A DNA stretch of 64,000 nucleotides from an uncultured Trueperaceae bacterium (GTDB lineage Bacteria > Deinococcota > Deinococci > Deinococcales > Trueperaceae). A program made the translations under genes and the position numbers. This document shows, piece by piece, positions 51,042-62,730 of the stretch. The notes below the pieces were generated by a model that was not told where the DNA came from, did no database searches, and saw only the letters and a list, made by a program, of their open reading frames with translations. The first letter of the stretch is position 1. Each line of letters opens with the position of its first letter. The stretch lies in contig CAWCXJ010000009.1 in NCBI GenBank assembly GCA_963799485.1, positions 128,001 through 192,000 of the forward strand, read 5' to 3'.

Positions 51042-52319
51042 TTAGCGTGAAATAATCCCGTTAATGACCCCGTTGGCCTGCTCGAGCGCTGGTGCAACGT
51101 CTTGTCCTTGCAGCGCAGCGACGATGGCCTGTCCATACGCGTCGCGTACCTCGGAAACCTGAACGACAGGGGGATTCCAGTCGGGCTGCCCAATCTCGAA
51201 TGAGAGCTGCGAAGCGTCGATCCAGCTCTGCGGCGCAGTCGCCTTAAATTCTTCGTTTTCCCAAGCCGACGGGCGCGCTGCCGGAACGCCACCAAGGAGC
51301 GCTCTAAGCTGGTTTTCTTTAGACAGTGCCCACTGCAAAAAGTACCAGGCGGCCTCTGGGTTTTGCGAGGCGTGATTGATCGAAAGTCCCCAAACTAAAA
51401 CGGCGGGTACCCTTCCCGCCGGGCCTTCGGGTAACGGCGCGTAGAGGGTGTTCGTGCGCACCTCTTCAAGTGCCTGCTCGGGGTCTTCCATAATTGACCG
51501 GAAGACGTTGGCGTCAAACATCATCGCCGCCTGACCCTGGGCGTAGAGGCTGGTGACTTCGGGCCACGACATGTTGGTGACGCCCGCCGGACCGTAGTTG
51601 CGTAACAGATCGGCGTAGTAGGCGAGAGCCTCTTGGCTTGCTTCGCTGTCTAAAGCCGAGGTGCCGTCGTCGTTAAGCCACTTTCCCCCATAAGAGTAAA
51701 GAAAGTTGACGATCTGACTTGTGGCGTTAGCGCCGCTTCCGCGCATGGCAAACCCGGCTACGCCGCCCTCATTAAGCGTTTCGGCGTACTCGCGCAGCTG
51801 CTCGAGCGTCTCGGGTGGCCCTTCGAGACCCGCTGCCTGGAGCAGATCGTTGCGGTAAAAGAGCAAGCTCGATTCGATCTGCAAGGGCAGGCCGTACATC
51901 TGTTCGCCATCTAAAAACGTACTGGTGGCCCCTTCGAAAAAGTCGTCCATATCGAGGTCGGGGTTCGTCAAGCTGGGGTCGTTTAGAAAATCGTCGATGT
52001 AGCGCACCCAGCCTGCACCAAGATACTGCGCCCCGGTTTGACCCGGCTGAATCATGTAACCGTCTAGGGTGTCTGCGCCGCTGCTCGCCTCGAGCAGCGT
52101 GCGTTGCCGGAACTGATCTTCGGGAAAGCTCTCTAAGGTGACCTCGATTCCGGTCAGCTCTTCGAATTCGGGAATGAGGGGTTGAATAAAGTCGGTAAAC
52201 GGATGCTGATTCATCAAAAAGCGGATCTGCGTACCCTCGAACTGACGCCAGTTGAATTCTTGCGCAAAGCCAACGCTAAGTAGTGAAGCTACGGCTAAAC
52301 CAACCACGAGCTTTTTCAT
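51042..52319 (-). CDS. Sugar ABC transporter substrate-binding protein
   Basis: Signal peptide; EFEELTGIEV, LFYRNDLL, EAAWYFLQWA. Confidence 0.95.
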   Translation of the reverse strand: MKKLVVGLAVASLLSVGFAQEFNWRQFEGTQIRFLMNQHPFTDFIQPLIPEFEELTGIEVTLESFPEDQFRQRTLLEASSGADTLDGYMIQPGQTGAQYLGAGWVRYIDDFLNDPSLTNPDLDMDDFFEGATSTFLDGEQMYGLPLQIESSLLFYRNDLLQAAGLEGPPETLEQLREYAETLNEGGVAGFAMRGSGANATSQIVNFLYSYGGKWLNDDGTSALDSEASQEALAYYADLLRNYGPAGVTNMSWPEVTSLYAQGQAAMMFDANVFRSIMEDPEQALEEVRTNTLYAPLPEGPAGRVPAVLVWGLSINHASQNPEAAWYFLQWALSKENQLRALLGGVPAARPSAWENEEFKATAPQSWIDASQLSFEIGQPDWNPPVVQVSEVRDAYGQAIVAALQGQDVAPALEQANGVINGIISR

Positions 52320-52529
52320 AGTCTACCCTTCTGGCAGGACGTCTCAGCCCCACCCAAACGCCAAACTGTTCTGCTCTTTCAAGCTAAAATATACGTTAGA
52401 CTCGTTTTGTTTTGCAAGGGGTAAAGATTATCTTTTTGACTTGACGTGAGGAGCCCCAAGAGCGCGCCTCATTCGAGTGTGCGGCGCGCTACGCTAGCGT
52501 TTACAATACCCGGCGTCTGTAGGTCGCGT

Positions 52530-53192
52530 TTACTCCTCGCTGCCCATAAACATGCTCAGGTAGTAGAGCAGATAAGCGACCGACGCGGCGGCAGCCGCAA
52601 CATAGGTCAGGGCGGCGGCGTTGAGCACGCTCCTCGAGCCCCCCTTGTCATTCGCCGTAACGAGACCTAAGCGCTCGAGCTGCAGCAGCGCCCTACGGCT
52701 CGCGTCGAACTCGACGGGAAGGGTTACAAGCTGAAAAAGGACAGCCGCACCGAAAAGCAAGATGCCGAGTTGAACCATGCCGGTTGCGCCCATGACGGCC
52801 CCCAAAATAACCAGCCACGGCCCGAAATTCGCGCCGATACCTGCCACCGGAACCAGGGTTGAGCGCCACACCAGCGGTTTGTAAGCTTGTGCATGCTGGA
52901 GCGCGTGCCCGACCTCGTGCGCGGCGACGGCGACGCCCGCCACACCCGTGCCTTGATAGTTGGCTTCGGAGAGGCGCACCACCCGCGCCCGTGGGTCGTA
53001 GTGGTCGGAGAGGTTACCCGGTACGGCCTCGACCTGCACTTCGCTTAGGTTGTTCGCGTCCAGGATGGCGCGAGCGGTTTCTGCTCCGGTCAGTCCGGCG
53101 GTTGAGGGGACATTCTGCCACCGGGCGTAGGTGCGGCGAAGGTAAAGCTGAACGAGCAGAGTTGCGGCTAAGGTGACGATAAAAAGTAACAC
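52530..53192 (-). CDS. Membrane zinc metallopeptidase (YugP-like)
   Basis: LSDHYDP, AAHEVGHALQH, TLPVEFDASRRA, AAALTYVA. Confidence 0.9.
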   Translation of the reverse strand: MLLFIVTLAATLLVQLYLRRTYARWQNVPSTAGLTGAETARAILDANNLSEVQVEAVPGNLSDHYDPRARVVRLSEANYQGTGVAGVAVAAHEVGHALQHAQAYKPLVWRSTLVPVAGIGANFGPWLVILGAVMGATGMVQLGILLFGAAVLFQLVTLPVEFDASRRALLQLERLGLVTANDKGGSRSVLNAAALTYVAAAAASVAYLLYYLSMFMGSEE

Positions 53193-53201
53193 GGTTCTCC
53201 T

Positions 53202-53426
53202 TTATTCGAAAAAATCTTGCAAGCTCGGGCGTTTGCGTTTATACGTTCCTTTTCGTTCGTAGTTCACGCCCGCGTCGTCGGGGATGTGAAGCTGCCCCAG
53301 CAGCTTGTCGAGTTCCCCGCGGTCGAGCCACACCCCACGGCACTTGGGGCACACGTCGATGAGCACCTCGTCGCGCACGACCTCGTGCATCGCGCTGCCG
53401 TCTTTCGGGCATTTGAGTAAAGACAT
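53202..53426 (-). CDS. zf-TFIIB zinc-ribbon protein
   Basis: CPKD...IDVCPKCRGVWLDRGELDKL. Confidence 0.9.
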   Translation of the reverse strand: MSLLKCPKDGSAMHEVVRDEVLIDVCPKCRGVWLDRGELDKLLGQLHIPDDAGVNYERKGTYKRKRPSLQDFFE

Positions 53427-53439
53427 CACCTCTCCTTTT

Positions 53440-54402
53440 CTAGTCGCTTCCGTGGCGCTCACTCCGACCCGTCGGTGGCAGCAGCGCCTCTTGCCGCGAC
53501 CGAAACAGCGACAGCCCGATGCTGAGCGCTAAAATCCCCATCACCACGCCGAGCGAAACGGCGGTCGGAATCTTGAATACGTCCAAAAGCAGCATCTTGA
53601 CCCCGATAAAGACCAAGATGAAAGAAAGCCCCGTTTTAAGATAGACAAAGCGGTGAACGACGCCCGCGAGCAGAAAGTACATGCTCCGGAGGCCCAAAAT
53701 CGCCAGCACATTCGAGGTAAAGACGATAAACGGGTCGGTAGTGATGGCAAAAATCGCCGGAATCGAATCGACGGCGAACACCAGGTCGGTGAACTCGATA
53801 AAGACGAGGACTAAGAAGAGCGGCGTCGCCATCCGCACGCCGTTTTGGACGGTAAAAAACTTCTGTCCGTCGTAATCGTCGCTGACCCGGAACACGCGCC
53901 GCGCCAGACGAACTGCGGGGTTTTTATTGAGGTCGGTTTCGGCGTCGTGACGTTGAAAGAGCATCCGCACGCCGGTCAGAAGGAGAAGCCCACCGAACAC
54001 GTATAAAATCCACCCAAACTGTTCAATCAGCGCCACGCCTAAGAAGATCATCACGCCGCGCATGACGAGTGCGCCAATCACACCCCAGAACAAAACCCGG
54101 TGCTGATAGACGGGCGGGGTAGCGAAAAACGAAAAGACCAGCACGAAGACGAAGATGTTGTCTACAGCCAAGGATTTTTCGATGAGGTAGCCGGTTAAAA
54201 ACTCGAGCCCCTTGTCCGGCCCCTGCCAACTGTAGACGAGCGCCGCAAACGCGAGCGAGAGCGCGACCCAGACGCTACTCCAGATTGCCGCTTCTCTAAC
54301 GCTGACGGTATGAGCTTTGCGGTGAAAAACGCCCAAGTCGAGGGCAAGCATCCCGAGTACAAAGCCGATAAACGCAAACCAAACCCAAAGGGGTAAGTCC
54401 AT
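53440..54402 (-). CDS. TerC/Alx family membrane protein (Mn homeostasis)
   Basis: GYLIEKSLAVDNIFVF, QHRVLFWG, DLVFAVDSIPA, LGLRSMYF. Confidence 0.95.
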   Translation of the reverse strand: MDLPLWVWFAFIGFVLGMLALDLGVFHRKAHTVSVREAAIWSSVWVALSLAFAALVYSWQGPDKGLEFLTGYLIEKSLAVDNIFVFVLVFSFFATPPVYQHRVLFWGVIGALVMRGVMIFLGVALIEQFGWILYVFGGLLLLTGVRMLFQRHDAETDLNKNPAVRLARRVFRVSDDYDGQKFFTVQNGVRMATPLFLVLVFIEFTDLVFAVDSIPAIFAITTDPFIVFTSNVLAILGLRSMYFLLAGVVHRFVYLKTGLSFILVFIGVKMLLLDVFKIPTAVSLGVVMGILALSIGLSLFRSRQEALLPPTGRSERHGSD

Positions 54403-54413
54403 CTGGACTCCTC

Positions 54414-54518
54414 TTCAGGTCTTGCCTTATCTGCGAGCGACCGGGAAACCTCTATGGTTTGGTTTCCGTAATGACGGCGGCTCGCTCCCATTTTGGGTGG
54501 GCGGCTACTCCCCTGTAC
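54414..54518 (-). ncRNA. yybP-ykoY (Mn2+) riboswitch
   Basis: AGGGGAGUAGC...CGUCAUUACG...GGCAAGACCU directly upstream of the terC SD. Confidence 0.9.
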
Positions 54519-54673
54519 CCAGATAGGATAGCCGAAACGGAGTAAAAATTCATGAGAGGGGCTCGCGGCCTTTAGTCCCGGAAAATGGCAAAGCGCTATC
54601 ACTCTTTGAAACCTCACAGCTCTCTTGTGCTGAGGCCGCTAAACCTATGCTTCTGAACAGGGTAGAAAGGAAC

Positions 54674-55534
54674 ATGTCCCTCTTCGCTTTCAGTTTGATT
54701 CTTCTATCTGCATTTTGTCACGCCACCTGGAACCTGCTGGCTAAAGGTGTACCGAGCGGCGCACCGTTCGTCTGGCTTTTCGACATCGTTTCACTCGTTG
54801 TCTACGCCCCTTTTGCACTGTGGCTTGTAGCGACCCGACCGACCCAAAGCTGGCTGCAACTTCTGGTCATTGTGGGCAGCTCGCTCCTTCATATCGGCTA
54901 TTTTTTGAGCTTGCAGCGTGGCTACCGCGTCGGTGACCTGTCGCTCGTTTATCCACTGGCAAGGGGGACGGGGCCGCTGTTTTCAGTTGTCGCCGCTGTT
55001 ATTTTGCTGGGCGAACGGCCTACGGGCTGGGCACTCACCGGAGGTTCGCTTATCGTCTTTAGCGTTTTTATCTTTGCAGGAGGAACGTCCCTGTTGAAGA
55101 GGAATGCAAATACTGTTCAGGTGCTGCGGTTCGGCTTGCTTACAGGCGTCTTTATCGCTTCGTACACGCTGCTCGACAAGTTTGGCGTGGCTACGCTCGC
55201 CACTGCTCCGCTGCTCTATAACTGGCTAGGCAATGCCGGACGCGCCGCGCTGCTTACGCCTTTAGCTCTTAGGCGTTGGTCAGAAACAAAAATGCTATGG
55301 CAAATGCATAGGCGGGCGGTGCTGGGTGTCGCTGTTTTGAGTCCGCTCGCCTACATCTTGGTGCTGTCGGCGCTGGTGTTTACGCCCGTCAGCTACGTTG
55401 CACCGGCGCGCGAGATGAGCATCTTGCTGGCGGCTGTTTTAGGCGCGAGCGTACTTAAAGAGGGAGAGGTCAAACGGCGGCTGGTGGCGGCGTCGCTTAT
55501 GGCGGTCGGGGTGGTGCTGCTGGCGTTGGGGTAA
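54674..55534 (+). CDS. DMT/EamA family transporter
   Basis: HATWNLLAK, GDLSLVYPLARGTGP, VAPAREMS; ~10 TM. Confidence 0.9.
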   Translation: MSLFAFSLILLSAFCHATWNLLAKGVPSGAPFVWLFDIVSLVVYAPFALWLVATRPTQSWLQLLVIVGSSLLHIGYFLSLQRGYRVGDLSLVYPLARGTGPLFSVVAAVILLGERPTGWALTGGSLIVFSVFIFAGGTSLLKRNANTVQVLRFGLLTGVFIASYTLLDKFGVATLATAPLLYNWLGNAGRAALLTPLALRRWSETKMLWQMHRRAVLGVAVLSPLAYILVLSALVFTPVSYVAPAREMSILLAAVLGASVLKEGEVKRRLVAASLMAVGVVLLALG

Positions 55535-55637
55535 GGCGACTGCCAAGCAAGTTTGTCTGAATACATCTTGGAAACTTGACGCCACCCGCGATACACGCCA
55601 CAATAGAGCTTCAGCGGTCTGTTTACGAACGCCGCGA

Positions 55638-55756
55638 CCTCATCTCGAGCAACCGAGGGAACTGGCCCCAAGACGTTGCAGCAACCAGCTTTCATCTAGG
55701 CGGGTGCTCTTTCCAGCCGGTACACGGGTCACGATGACGCAACCGGAAAGATGAGA
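55638..55756 (+). ncRNA. SAM-I riboswitch
   Basis: CUCAUC-UCGAG...GAGGGAACUGGCCC...GCAGCAACC...GGUGCU..UUCC...AAGAUGAG upstream of met genes. Confidence 0.92.
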
Positions 55757-55800
55757 AGAGCTTACCCTCTTCTACTGCGTCCTTTAGAGGAGGGCCTATC

Positions 55801-56595
55801 ATGCACACCGTGACCTCACACACCCCGCGTATTTCCGTCGAACTCGTGCCGCGTAATCAAGAGGCACTTGCGGACGACTTAGCTATATTAGGCGAGTACT
55901 TTCCCTTTATCGATACCGTAAACATTCCCGATTTAACGCGTTTTAGCCTCCGCAGCCACGAGGCGTGCAAGGTGGCGCAAACCCGTGTTCGCCGCGCGAT
56001 TCCGCACTTACGGGCGGTAGGTACGAACCTCAAAAACCTGAACCCATTGCTGACTTACCTAGACGAAAACGAACTGCATGAAGTTTTGGTCGTGAGCGGT
56101 GATTTGCCCGCCGATATGAGTCAGCCGAGCTATCCGACCTCGAGCCTTGGGCTCATCCGGGCTATCAAGTCGGCGCTCCCGCACGCCCAAGTTTACGGCG
56201 CTCTAGACCCCTACCGGCAGAGCTTGCTTAAAGAACGCGATTATGCGTTGGAGAAATTAGAAGCCGGTGCCAGCGGCCTTTTTACGCAACCCTTTTTTGA
56301 CACCCGGTTGATGCAGGTCTACTTAGAGTTGCTGCCGGATGTCAACCTCTACTGGGGCGCGACCACCATCACGACCAAGCGTTCACTCGGTTACTGGCAA
56401 AACCGTAACCACGCGGTTTTTCCGGCGGATTTTGAGCCGACGCTTACCTGGAGCCGCACCTTTGCGCGCGAGGCGTTGGAGTTTGCCCAGAAAACTCGGA
56501 CAAACCTCTACTTTATGCCGATTAAAACCGGTTTACACGCCTTCTTAGAGGGTATCCTGACAGAAGACGTGTGCCGTCCGGCGGTGAGAATATGA
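55801..56595 (+). CDS. metF: Methylenetetrahydrofolate reductase-like protein
   Basis: [30 protein letters not shown]; between SAM-I and metH. Confidence 0.8.
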   Translation: MHTVTSHTPRISVELVPRNQEALADDLAILGEYFPFIDTVNIPDLTRFSLRSHEACKVAQTRVRRAIPHLRAVGTNLKNLNPLLTYLDENELHEVLVVSGDLPADMSQPSYPTSSLGLIRAIKSALPHAQVYGALDPYRQSLLKERDYALEKLEAGASGLFTQPFFDTRLMQVYLELLPDVNLYWGATTITTKRSLGYWQNRNHAVFPADFEPTLTWSRTFAREALEFAQKTRTNLYFMPIKTGLHAFLEGILTEDVCRPAVRI

Positions 56596-59500
56596 ACCTC
56601 AAAGAAAAAGCCTCAGCTCAGCTTTTACGGGACGCGCTGAAAAAGCGCGTGTTAGTCCTCGACGGCGCGATGGGCACGATGATTCAGCGCCACCCGCTCT
56701 CGGAAGCGGATTTTCGCGGAAAGCGGTTTGCCGACCATCCGTCACCGCTTCAGGGCGCCAACGACCTCTTGACGCTGACACAACCGCAGCTTATCGAGGA
56801 GATTCACCGTGAATACTTCGCAGCCGGGGCCGATATCGTTGAGACCAATACCTTTAGCTCGACCACCGTGGGGATGGCGGAATACGGCGTAGACGACGCG
56901 ATTTACGAGCTGAACTTGGAGGCCGCTCGCCTTGCCCGTAGCGCCGCCGACGCTTTTGCGACGCCCGAAAAACCCCGCTTTGTCGCCGGAGCCGTCGGCC
57001 CGACAAACCGCACCGCGAGCATGTCACCGGACGTCAATAATCCGGCCTTCCGTGCGATAGATTTTGACGCGCTCGTGGTGTCGTACAGCGAGCAGATACG
57101 CGGGCTACTCGAGGGCGGCGTAGACACCCTGCTGATTGAAACGGTCTTCGACACCCTCAACTGTAAAGCTGCGTTGTTCGCTGCCGAGTCGGTGTTTGAC
57201 GAAGTAGGTTTCAAGGTACCGCTGATGGTTTCGGGCACCATCACCGACGCCTCGGGGCGGACGCTTTCCGGTCAGACGCTCGCCGCATTTCTGATTTCGG
57301 TGTCGCACGTGGATTTGCTCTCGGTCGGGCTCAACTGTGCGCTCGGGCCTGCCGAACTGCGGGCGTACGTCGAAGAGCTTTCCGGCATCACTCACTTTTA
57401 TACGAGCGCATACCCAAATGCGGGGTTGCCGAACGCGTTTGGGGGTTACGACGAGACGCCGGAATCTATGCTTTCGGTAATGGAAAGCTGGTTGGGGGGC
57501 GGCTGGGTCAATATCATCGGGGGTTGCTGCGGCACCACACCCGAACACATCAAGGTCTTCGCCAAAGCTGCCGCGAAAACCGCGCCGCGCGTCCCGCCTG
57601 AAGTGCCTGCGTACCCGAAGTTTTCTGGCCTCGAGCCCCTCATCATCCGGCCTGAAACGAACTTCGTGAATGTTGGCGAACGCACCAACGTTACGGGCTC
57701 GAAAAAGTTTTTACGGCTCATCAAAGAAGAACGCTTTGACGACGCTCTAGCGGTCGCCCGTGACCAGGTCGAAGGCGGCGCGCAAATCATTGATATCAAC
57801 ATGGACGAGGCGATGTTGGACGCCGACGCCTCGATGACGACATTTTTGAACCTCGTCGCCGCCGAGCCCGACATCGCCCGCGTGCCGATTATGCTCGACT
57901 CGTCGAAGTTTACGGTCTTAGAGTCCGGCCTCAAACGGGTACAGGGCAAAGCCATCGTCAACTCGATTTCACTGAAAGAGGGCGAAGCGGCGTTCCGGCA
58001 GCACGCGCAGCTCGTCCGGCGGTACGGCGCGGCGGCGATCGTGATGGCCTTTGACGAATCCGGGCAGGCCGACACGTATGAGCGGCGTACCCAGATTTGC
58101 AAACGGGCGTACCGTATTCTGGTAGATGAGGTCGGGTTTGCGCCCGAAGACATCATCTTCGACCCGAACATCTTTCCGGTAGCGACCGGCATCGATGAGC
58201 ACAACAACTACGCGCTGGACTTTTTTGCGGCGACGCGCTGGATTAAAGACAACCTGCCGGGGGCGCTCGTGTCGGGCGGCGTATCGAACGTGTCGTTTTC
58301 GTTCCGTGGGAACAATCCGGTGCGCGAGGCGATGCACGCGGTGTTTTTGTACCACGCGCGGCAGGCCGGGATGGATATGGGCATCGTCAACCCGGCGATG
58401 TTGGAAATCTACGAAGACATCCCGAAAGATTTGTTGGAGCACGTCGAAGATGTGATTTTGAACCGCCGTGACGACGCGACCGAAAGACTGCTGGCCTTTG
58501 CCGAAAACGTCAAATCGGGCGGCAAAAAGAGCGTCAGAGACGAGGCGTGGCGCGGTGAAGGGGTAGAGAAGAGGCTCGAGCACGCCCTCGTTCGGGGCAT
58601 CACCGACTACATCGAGGCCGACACCGAAGAAGCGCGGCAAACGCTGCAGAGTCCGCTTTCGGTCATCGAAGGCCCGCTGATGGACGGGATGAACGTCGTC
58701 GGCGACCTGTTCGGCAGCGGCAAGATGTTTCTGCCGCAAGTCGTTAAATCCGCAAGGGTGATGAAGCGGGCGGTAGCGTATTTGGAGCCGTACCTTGAGG
58801 CTGAAAAGTTAGCGTCGGGCACGTCGGAGCGTAAAAGCGCCGGGAAAATCTTGTTGGCTACCGTAAAAGGCGACGTTCACGACATCGGCAAAAACATCGT
58901 CGGGGTCGTCTTGGCGTGTAACGGCTTTGAGATTTTGGACCTCGGGGTGATGGTGCCGACAGAAAAGATTTTAGACACCGCCGAACGTGAAAAGGTTGAC
59001 GTCATCGGTCTGTCGGGTCTGATTACGCCGTCACTTGACGAGATGGTCTATGTAGCGAAAGAGCTCGAGCGCCGCAACCTGCGCACGCCCCTACTCATCG
59101 GCGGGGCGACGACGAGCCGGGTGCATACCGCCGTAAAAATCGCGCCGCAGTACGGCGGCCTGGCGGTTCACGTGCTGGACGCCTCGAGGAGTGTCGGGAT
59201 TGCGGCGCGGGCCGTGAGCGACCGGGACAGGCCGGGGCTCGAGACCGAAACCCGCACCCTGTACGATGAGGTGCGCCAAAACTTTGCCGGTAGGCAGGTT
59301 TCAAAGCAGCTCGTCAGCTTGAGCGAAGCACGTAAAAATGCACCGGTTTTAGAGTTCGGTGCAGTTACCAAACCGAGCTTTTTAGGCAGGCAAGTGCTAA
59401 ACGATTATCCGCTCGAGGAACTCGTTGCCAAAATCGACTGGACACCGTTTTTTCTGACCTGGGAACTTTCCGGGCGCTATCCGAACATCTTGCAAGACGA

Positions 59501-60317
59501 AGTGGTCGGCGAGGTTGCGACGAAGCTGTTTGAAGACGCTCAGGAACTTTTAGCGCGTAGTGTCGCCGAAAAACGGTTTACGGCGCGGGCGACGTTCGGC
59601 TTCTTTCCGGCGGCGCGGGTGGGGGACGACCTCGAGCTCTACACCGACGACGCCCGTCAGACGCTTAAAGCGCAGCTTCACACGTTACGGCAGCAAACCG
59701 CCAAACGCGCCGGTCAACCCAACTACGCGTTAGCCGATTTTGTTGCCGCCAAGGACTCTGGCGTTCAAGATTACGTCGGCGGGTTTGCGGTCTCCATTCA
59801 CGGCGCCGACGAGTTTGCCCGTGAGTTTGAAGCCGTACACGACGACTACAACGCGATTTTGGTCAAAGCTTTAGCCGACCGTCTCGCCGAAGCGTTTGCC
59901 GAACGGCTCCACGAACGGGTACGCCAAGAGTTCTGGGGCTACGCGCCGGACGAGAGATTCACAAACGATGAGCTGATCCGTGAACGCTATCAGGGGATTC
60001 GCCCCGCACCCGGTTATCCGGCTTCTCCCGACCACACCGAGAAACGCACGCTTTTCGATTTGCTGGACGCCGAACAAACGGCGGGCATCACCCTTACCGA
60101 AAGTTACGCGATGTACCCCGGTGCAGCGGTCTCGGGCTTTTACTTTGCCCACCCTGAAGCGCGTTACTTCGGGGTCGGTAAACTCGCTAAAGACCAGTTG
60201 CAAGATTACGCCGCCCGTAAAGGGATGACTTTAGGGGCGGCTGAACGCTGGCTCGCGCCGAACCTCAGCTACGACCCTGATGTAGAAAAACAAACAGCAC
60301 TCGAGTTTGTCAAATGA
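56592..60317 (+). CDS. metH: Cobalamin-dependent methionine synthase
   Basis: [48 protein letters not shown]. Confidence 0.99.
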   Translation: MNLKEKASAQLLRDALKKRVLVLDGAMGTMIQRHPLSEADFRGKRFADHPSPLQGANDLLTLTQPQLIEEIHREYFAAGADIVETNTFSSTTVGMAEYGVDDAIYELNLEAARLARSAADAFATPEKPRFVAGAVGPTNRTASMSPDVNNPAFRAIDFDALVVSYSEQIRGLLEGGVDTLLIETVFDTLNCKAALFAAESVFDEVGFKVPLMVSGTITDASGRTLSGQTLAAFLISVSHVDLLSVGLNCALGPAELRAYVEELSGITHFYTSAYPNAGLPNAFGGYDETPESMLSVMESWLGGGWVNIIGGCCGTTPEHIKVFAKAAAKTAPRVPPEVPAYPKFSGLEPLIIRPETNFVNVGERTNVTGSKKFLRLIKEERFDDALAVARDQVEGGAQIIDINMDEAMLDADASMTTFLNLVAAEPDIARVPIMLDSSKFTVLESGLKRVQGKAIVNSISLKEGEAAFRQHAQLVRRYGAAAIVMAFDESGQADTYERRTQICKRAYRILVDEVGFAPEDIIFDPNIFPVATGIDEHNNYALDFFAATRWIKDNLPGALVSGGVSNVSFSFRGNNPVREAMHAVFLYHARQAGMDMGIVNPAMLEIYEDIPKDLLEHVEDVILNRRDDATERLLAFAENVKSGGKKSVRDEAWRGEGVEKRLEHALVRGITDYIEADTEEARQTLQSPLSVIEGPLMDGMNVVGDLFGSGKMFLPQVVKSARVMKRAVAYLEPYLEAEKLASGTSERKSAGKILLATVKGDVHDIGKNIVGVVLACNGFEILDLGVMVPTEKILDTAEREKVDVIGLSGLITPSLDEMVYVAKELERRNLRTPLLIGGATTSRVHTAVKIAPQYGGLAVHVLDASRSVGIAARAVSDRDRPGLETETRTLYDEVRQNFAGRQVSKQLVSLSEARKNAPVLEFGAVTKPSFLGRQVLNDYPLEELVAKIDWTPFFLTWELSGRYPNILQDEVVGEVATKLFEDAQELLARSVAEKRFTARATFGFFPAARVGDDLELYTDDARQTLKAQLHTLRQQTAKRAGQPNYALADFVAAKDSGVQDYVGGFAVSIHGADEFAREFEAVHDDYNAILVKALADRLAEAFAERLHERVRQEFWGYAPDERFTNDELIRERYQGIRPAPGYPASPDHTEKRTLFDLLDAEQTAGITLTESYAMYPGAAVSGFYFAHPEARYFGVGKLAKDQLQDYAARKGMTLGAAERWLAPNLSYDPDVEKQTALEFVK

Positions 60318-60329
60318 TGTTTAATCCGT

Positions 60330-61361
60330 TCAGTTTTGTTGTGGGCGTAAAGGGGTGGCACTTTCAGACACATCTACTCCAACGAAATCGAAATAGTGCC
60401 TCGCCAAATTATAATCTTGAGTGTTGATCTTTATGTCGCAGTATGCGCGTAAGTTGCCTGATTCGGCAGGGTTAAGTTGCCAGTCCTTACCCTTTTCTGC
60501 AAATCCCAGGTTTGCGTAGGGTTTCGCATACGCTTCTCCTGTTTGCCAACACACTTCACCTCTATCTACCTGTGCCTGTGTTAGCAGCAACCTCCACTCG
60601 TTTTCGCTGGAGAATGATGGGTGTTTCATCAATGAGCTAAAGCAAGCATACCGTTCAACCAGCCTCGAGTGAAGCTCCTGAGAGTTAGAAACACCACCTA
60701 ATTTCAGCGAAGACATGTCTTCAAAAACAAGTTCTGCTAAATTCTCTAAGCTGTCGTAAATTACGGGTGCAAGCAAGGCTTCAGCAGGAATAGCTTTGTT
60801 TTTACCCCTTTTGCTTTTTCGATTGTTGCAGTCAAGTAAAGTGGCATTAGATAAGAGGTCAACTCTGAACCCTATTGAGACGCCATGACGCACGGCATAC
60901 TTCTGCCACTGACTTACGTCGTCACCTTCAGTCGATAAACTGACCACATAAGCGTTGCCTCGGTGGATGGCATAAGCTTCTTCAAAACCTTTACTGAAAG
61001 GTCTTGCAAGGAAGTTTACGGCGGGCTCTATAAGTCCATATCTCGACCGATCGGCAATTTTGAGCTTTTCGAGAGCCTTTCTTAATGCGTATGCTCCATG
61101 TTTAATCTCACTCAGATCATTTAGGAAGTAGGCATCTGTTGCTCGAAGCGTCCTTTTATCCATAATGCTAAAGGCTGCCGACAATGATGTGTAATGATAA
61201 AGATATTTGAGTTTGTTTAACGGAAGTTTCTTTTGAACAGGCCATAAAATTGAATCTATAGCTCCATCTAATTTGTGCTGGTCAAGCTTCATACAAAAAT
61301 TATCCTCATAACTAATCTCCAAATCTCGACCTAGCTCATTGAGCCTATCTACTATAGTCAT
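60330..61361 (-). CDS. DUF2971-like protein (AT-rich)
   Basis: LYHYTS, FLNDLSE, SLSTEGDDVSQWQKYA, KHPSFSSENEWR. Confidence 0.8.
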   Translation of the reverse strand: MTIVDRLNELGRDLEISYEDNFCMKLDQHKLDGAIDSILWPVQKKLPLNKLKYLYHYTSLSAAFSIMDKRTLRATDAYFLNDLSEIKHGAYALRKALEKLKIADRSRYGLIEPAVNFLARPFSKGFEEAYAIHRGNAYVVSLSTEGDDVSQWQKYAVRHGVSIGFRVDLLSNATLLDCNNRKSKRGKNKAIPAEALLAPVIYDSLENLAELVFEDMSSLKLGGVSNSQELHSRLVERYACFSSLMKHPSFSSENEWRLLLTQAQVDRGEVCWQTGEAYAKPYANLGFAEKGKDWQLNPAESGNLRAYCDIKINTQDYNLARHYFDFVGVDVSESATPLRPQQN

Positions 61362-62621
61362 TGCTTCACCTCATCTTGGGTACGACCTTGAGTTGTTGCT
61401 CGAGGCGGCCCGTTAGTAGCAGGCAACCGGAATACCGCAATCAGCGCCGAAAGCCCGAGAAACGCCCCCGTTAGCACAAAGACGATACGGTACTCGAACG
61501 CCGTAAACCCGACCTGCTGCATCAGCACGACCACCGCCGCCCCCAAAAGCGGCGCAACCGTCCGCGACGCCGAAACAATCGCATTATCAAGGCCGTAAAC
61601 CGACCCTTCCTGACCGGGCCGGGTATAACGCGACAAGAGCGCCGCCACCGACGGCGTAAGCCCGCCTACCGCGATCCCTGTCAAGGCTTGCAAGACAATA
61701 AGCTGCCACACCTGCGTGACGAAGCTCTGCGGCGCGTATAAGAGCGCCGCCGCGACGGCACAGACAATTAAAATAGGCCGGTGTCCGATACGGTCGCCGA
61801 GCCGCCCGATATAGACCGCGCTGAGCGTCCCCGTCGCCGCTGCAATCCCGACAATCAGCCCGATGGTGGTGTTCACGCCCCGGCTTGAGAGCGGCAACGT
61901 CGCTACAAAAAGGGGCAGAATCGGCGTGAGCATATTGCGGCCCAACCAGTTGAGAAAACTCAGCGTGTAGAGCGTCCCAACCTGCGGCGTGCGGAGAATA
62001 CGCTGCCAGCTCACCAGCATCTTCTCACGGGGCCCTGCTTTTTTTGAAGGCCGGACGAACGTCTCTTTAACTCCGAGCGTTACCATCAGCCCGGACGCTG
62101 CGAGTAGCACAGCCGTAACGAGAAACGTCGCCCGAAACCCGAAGGTGTCTGCCAACACGCCGCCGATAAAGGGGCCGACCGCTACGCCGCTCCCAAGTCC
62201 GAGTTGTAGCAAACCCATCGCGTAACCTACACGGTCACGCGGAACCGACGAGGCGACCAGCGCGTTACCTGCCGAGACGGTGCCGGTCAAAAACCCCTGC
62301 AACGCCCGGAGCAAAACAAGTACCTCGGCGTTCGGGACAAAGGCCATCAGCGCCAGCGTAATCGCGCCGCTGTACGCCGCCCGCTCGACCATCGGTTTGC
62401 GTCCGTAACGATCAGAGACCGAGCCCCAGATAGGGGAGGCGATGGTCATGGTGAGTGCTTGCGCGGAAAAAACGAGCGCCGCCAAGAGCGTCAAGCTCAT
62501 GCCGGTCGCCGAGCCTAGCGATTCGACGTAACGCGGTAGAAAACGGAAAAATTATTGAAAACCCGACCGACGACATCAGCTGCGCGAAAATCATGATGTA
62601 AAGGGTGCGCTGCCACGGCAT
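61358..62621 (-). CDS. MFS transporter (MdtG/TetA-like) with +1 frameshift near 62540
   Basis: MPWQRTLYI...IIFPF continues as LPRYVESLGSATGMSL after removing one T from a T-run; WGSVSDRYGRK motif. Confidence 0.85.
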
Positions 62622-62730
62622 TAGGAGAGCATAACGCGGGACGCCGAAGCTCGTGTAACCTGCTTGGAATACAAGCCTGGCGTCATACGGAAAACGTCGT
62701 TAGGAGCCGGAGCAAGCCTAGACTCGGAAT

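Noticed and set aside
33744..52319. Missing ATPase in both sugar ABC systems
   Set aside because: Common; CUT1 systems often share an MsmK/MalK-type ATPase encoded elsewhere
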